Source: Octopus vulgaris | Taxonomy: Eukaryota | NCBI GenBank assembly: GCA_951406725.2 | Contig: OX597814.1 | Coordinates: 157,480,001 to 157,544,000 of the forward strand | Direction: 5' to 3' | DNA: 64,000 nucleotides | Made by a program: the position numbers and the translations under genes | Part shown: one piece after another, positions 62,067 through 64,000 of the stretch | How the letters are laid out: each line of letters opens with the position of its first letter | How positions within the stretch are numbered: the stretch's first letter is position 1 | The notes under the pieces: model-generated | Told to the model about the DNA's origin: nothing | What the model saw: the letters and a program-made list of their open reading frames with translations, nothing else | Database searches by the model: none

Positions 62067-63983
62067 CTATCGAAGGCACCTTTGACGAACTGAACGCTTG
62101 ATTTCGAACGGTTCCGACAGGAAAGCGTTCAACTGTACTGTGGGTTTGATGCCGTTGTAAATGTCCTTGATCCAACGGCGGAATACTGGGCCCAGCCCAG
62201 CCGTCCCAAGGACTGCCGCCAGATACCGATGGTAAACCCTATCGAAGGCTTTACTCTGGTCTAAATGGACCAGCGCCCCACCTTTACCGGAAACTTTACC
62301 CACCCTGTCTAAGGTGTAGCATAAGAGATGAAGATTCTTCTGGATCGGCCTGCCAGGGATGGCAAATATTTGCGCCTTCCCGATAAGTTTCTCCGCGACA
62401 ACCGTCAACCTTTTTGCTAGCACTTTGGCCAAAATCTTTAACTCTACATTTAGTAGAGTTATGGGCCTGAAATTGCTCTGGTCTTTTCTGACCAATGTTA
62501 CCACTCCCCGACTCACAGAACTGGGATTTCTCCCATTCTGCTGCCAGCTCGTGTACACGCAAGCCAGCATGTGTCCGAACAAGTCCGGCATACTACTGTA
62601 AAACTCGTAGGGCAGACCATCCAGCCCTGGCGACTTGTCCCAAGCGCATTCGGCCAGCACCTCTTTGACCTCCGCAGCCGTGATAGGCCCTTCACAGCAC
62701 CTCGCCTCACTCGCCGAGAGTCGCGGTTCGTCGGCCAGGAATTGCCTTAAGCGCTCTCCATGTTCCAACGCCTCGCTCGTCCCAAACAACCGGGCGAAAT
62801 GTTGATGAAAGGCCTTCTGCATCTCCCCTTGTCCTTCGATCAGGTGACCCTGTTCGTCAATTAAAGACTGTACAGCGGCTTCTCTGCCTCTCCGACTCTC
62901 CACACGACGGGCCAATCCAGCAACGTCAATGCCTTCTCTGCCCACCGCGCGTAACTTAGCCCTGACTCTACACCCTTCATGTTTGGCTTGGGGGTGCCGG
63001 AATAATACCGTTCTCGCCGCCAACACTCTGGATGCAGAGCCTGATGCTATGGCCTCCTCTAATTCCTTAGTTAACTGCCCTTCTAATCTAGTTCCCTCTA
63101 AATTTAGCTCTTTACTAAATCTGAGTGACTCTAAACGAATGGCTCGTTTGAGGGCGCACCACCATATGTTGTTTACGACAGCTCCACATAATGCCCTCTG
63201 TACTAACTCCTTAACTCTGGTACGGAAGACTTTACTAGTCAAAATAGACTTGTTCAACTTCCAGTCCCCGGGTCCCTGTCTATGACACTTAGCTAACTGC
63301 ACCTCACACGTCACAAATTTGTGATCCGTGTAAGAGTCACAGTGAAAATGTGGACAACTACCTATATCTCTGTCAATATCTTTTATTATAACCCTATCTA
63401 AGTAAGACCTGGGTGAACCATCGTTATTAGACCACGTCCACTGTGAAACGAGCGGTTCATCCAGTCTGTAGCGGTCTACTAGTTTATAGGTCGCTAGTAG
63501 CCTTTTTAGGCCAGGGCTTCCTTTTCTATTATTCGAGCCTACACTATCCACGTTGAGAATAGTGCTGAAGTCCCCTGTTAAAACTAAAGTTTTCGACGTC
63601 ATTAGGAAATTCTCCAAGTCCCGAAAAAAGACCGTTTGACTATCCTCTTTTGGAGCATAGACGGCCACTAACCTGAAGGACTGCTTACTCACCTGTGCCA
63701 CATCTAGAACGACCAGCCTACCTTCTGGGTCTAGAAAGACTGTACTTACCTGTACGTCCAAGCTTCTTTTGACCAGCACCACAAATCCCCTACCCCTTCC
63801 TTGACTGTGAGAAATAAACTTCTCGTAGGCATTCTGAAGAGGAGAGAACGCCTGTGGCCCGTTCAGCTTGGACTCAGTCACTACACATATATCTATCTTC
63901 CGTGACCTGAGGTCGTCTAGGTAGCTTGTATGCTTCCATTTCGAACCCAGGCCACGCACATTTATACACCCTAACTTAATCAT
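62067..63983 (-). CDS. ORF2 N-terminal part: APE endonuclease plus RT domains 0-4
   Basis: INVRGL, TESK, VYAP, GDF, YLDR, TDH, KSPGLDGLPYEFY, NFRPITLLN, LDQSKAFDRV, VRQ. Confidence 0.92.
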   Translation of the reverse strand: MIKLGCINVRGLGSKWKHTSYLDDLRSRKIDICVVTESKLNGPQAFSPLQNAYEKFISHSQGRGRGFVVLVKRSLDVQVSTVFLDPEGRLVVLDVAQVSKQSFRLVAVYAPKEDSQTVFFRDLENFLMTSKTLVLTGDFSTILNVDSVGSNNRKGSPGLKRLLATYKLVDRYRLDEPLVSQWTWSNNDGSPRSYLDRVIIKDIDRDIGSCPHFHCDSYTDHKFVTCEVQLAKCHRQGPGDWKLNKSILTSKVFRTRVKELVQRALCGAVVNNIWWCALKRAIRLESLRFSKELNLEGTRLEGQLTKELEEAIASGSASRVLAARTVLFRHPQAKHEGCRVRAKLRAVGREGIDVAGLARRVESRRGREAAVQSLIDEQGHLIEGQGEMQKAFHQHFARLFGTSEALEHGERLRQFLADEPRLSASEARCCEGPITAAEVKEVLAECAWDKSPGLDGLPYEFYSSMPDLFGHMLACVYTSWQQNGRNPSSVSRGVVTLVRKDQSNFRPITLLNVELKILAKVLAKRLTVVAEKLIGKAQIFAIPGRPIQKNLHLLCYTLDRVGKVSGKGGALVHLDQSKAFDRVYHRYLAAVLGTAGLGPVFRRWIKDIYNGIKPTVQLNAFLSEPFEIKRSVRQRCLR

Positions 63984-64000
63984 CGTGATAAAAATTATTG

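Larger units (their letters stand above)
60250..64000 (-). mobile_element. Tx1/L1-like LINE ORF2 with 3' region (likely continues beyond the window)
   Basis: APE endonuclease, RT and C-terminal CPRCG..ETILHAFVQC zinc finger; frameshifts between 61650 and 62070; 3' boundary approximate. Confidence 0.92.

Overview
AT-rich, microsatellite-dense eukaryotic DNA made almost entirely of transposable elements. The SINE families present point to a coleoid cephalopod, most likely Octopus (recognised from memory, not database-checked). It contains: several families of R4/Dong-like restriction-like-endonuclease (RLE) LINEs stacked in (TAA)n tracts; a non-coding (TAA)n-associated retroelement; Penelope-like elements (PLEs) in (TA)n; Tx1/L1-like LINEs; RTE ends; mariner/Tc1, Chapaev3-like, Helitron, hAT and pogo-type DNA elements; and tRNA-derived SINEs. 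Only one plausible host exon was found (signal-peptide-like segment plus PAN/apple-like domain, 47958-48312). Signals not shown by the ORF track: (1) about nine hammerhead ribozyme (HHR) motifs of several architectures, including a type I HHR inside a 334-bp direct-repeat unit resembling a non-LTR retrozyme (42856-43254); (2) the same -1 frameshift at A_AAA_AAT inside the endonuclease domain in all three Dong-like copies that span it; (3) co-oriented retroelement arrays in TAA microsatellites. All calls were made by eye; most short ORFs in the track are microsatellite or antisense artefacts.
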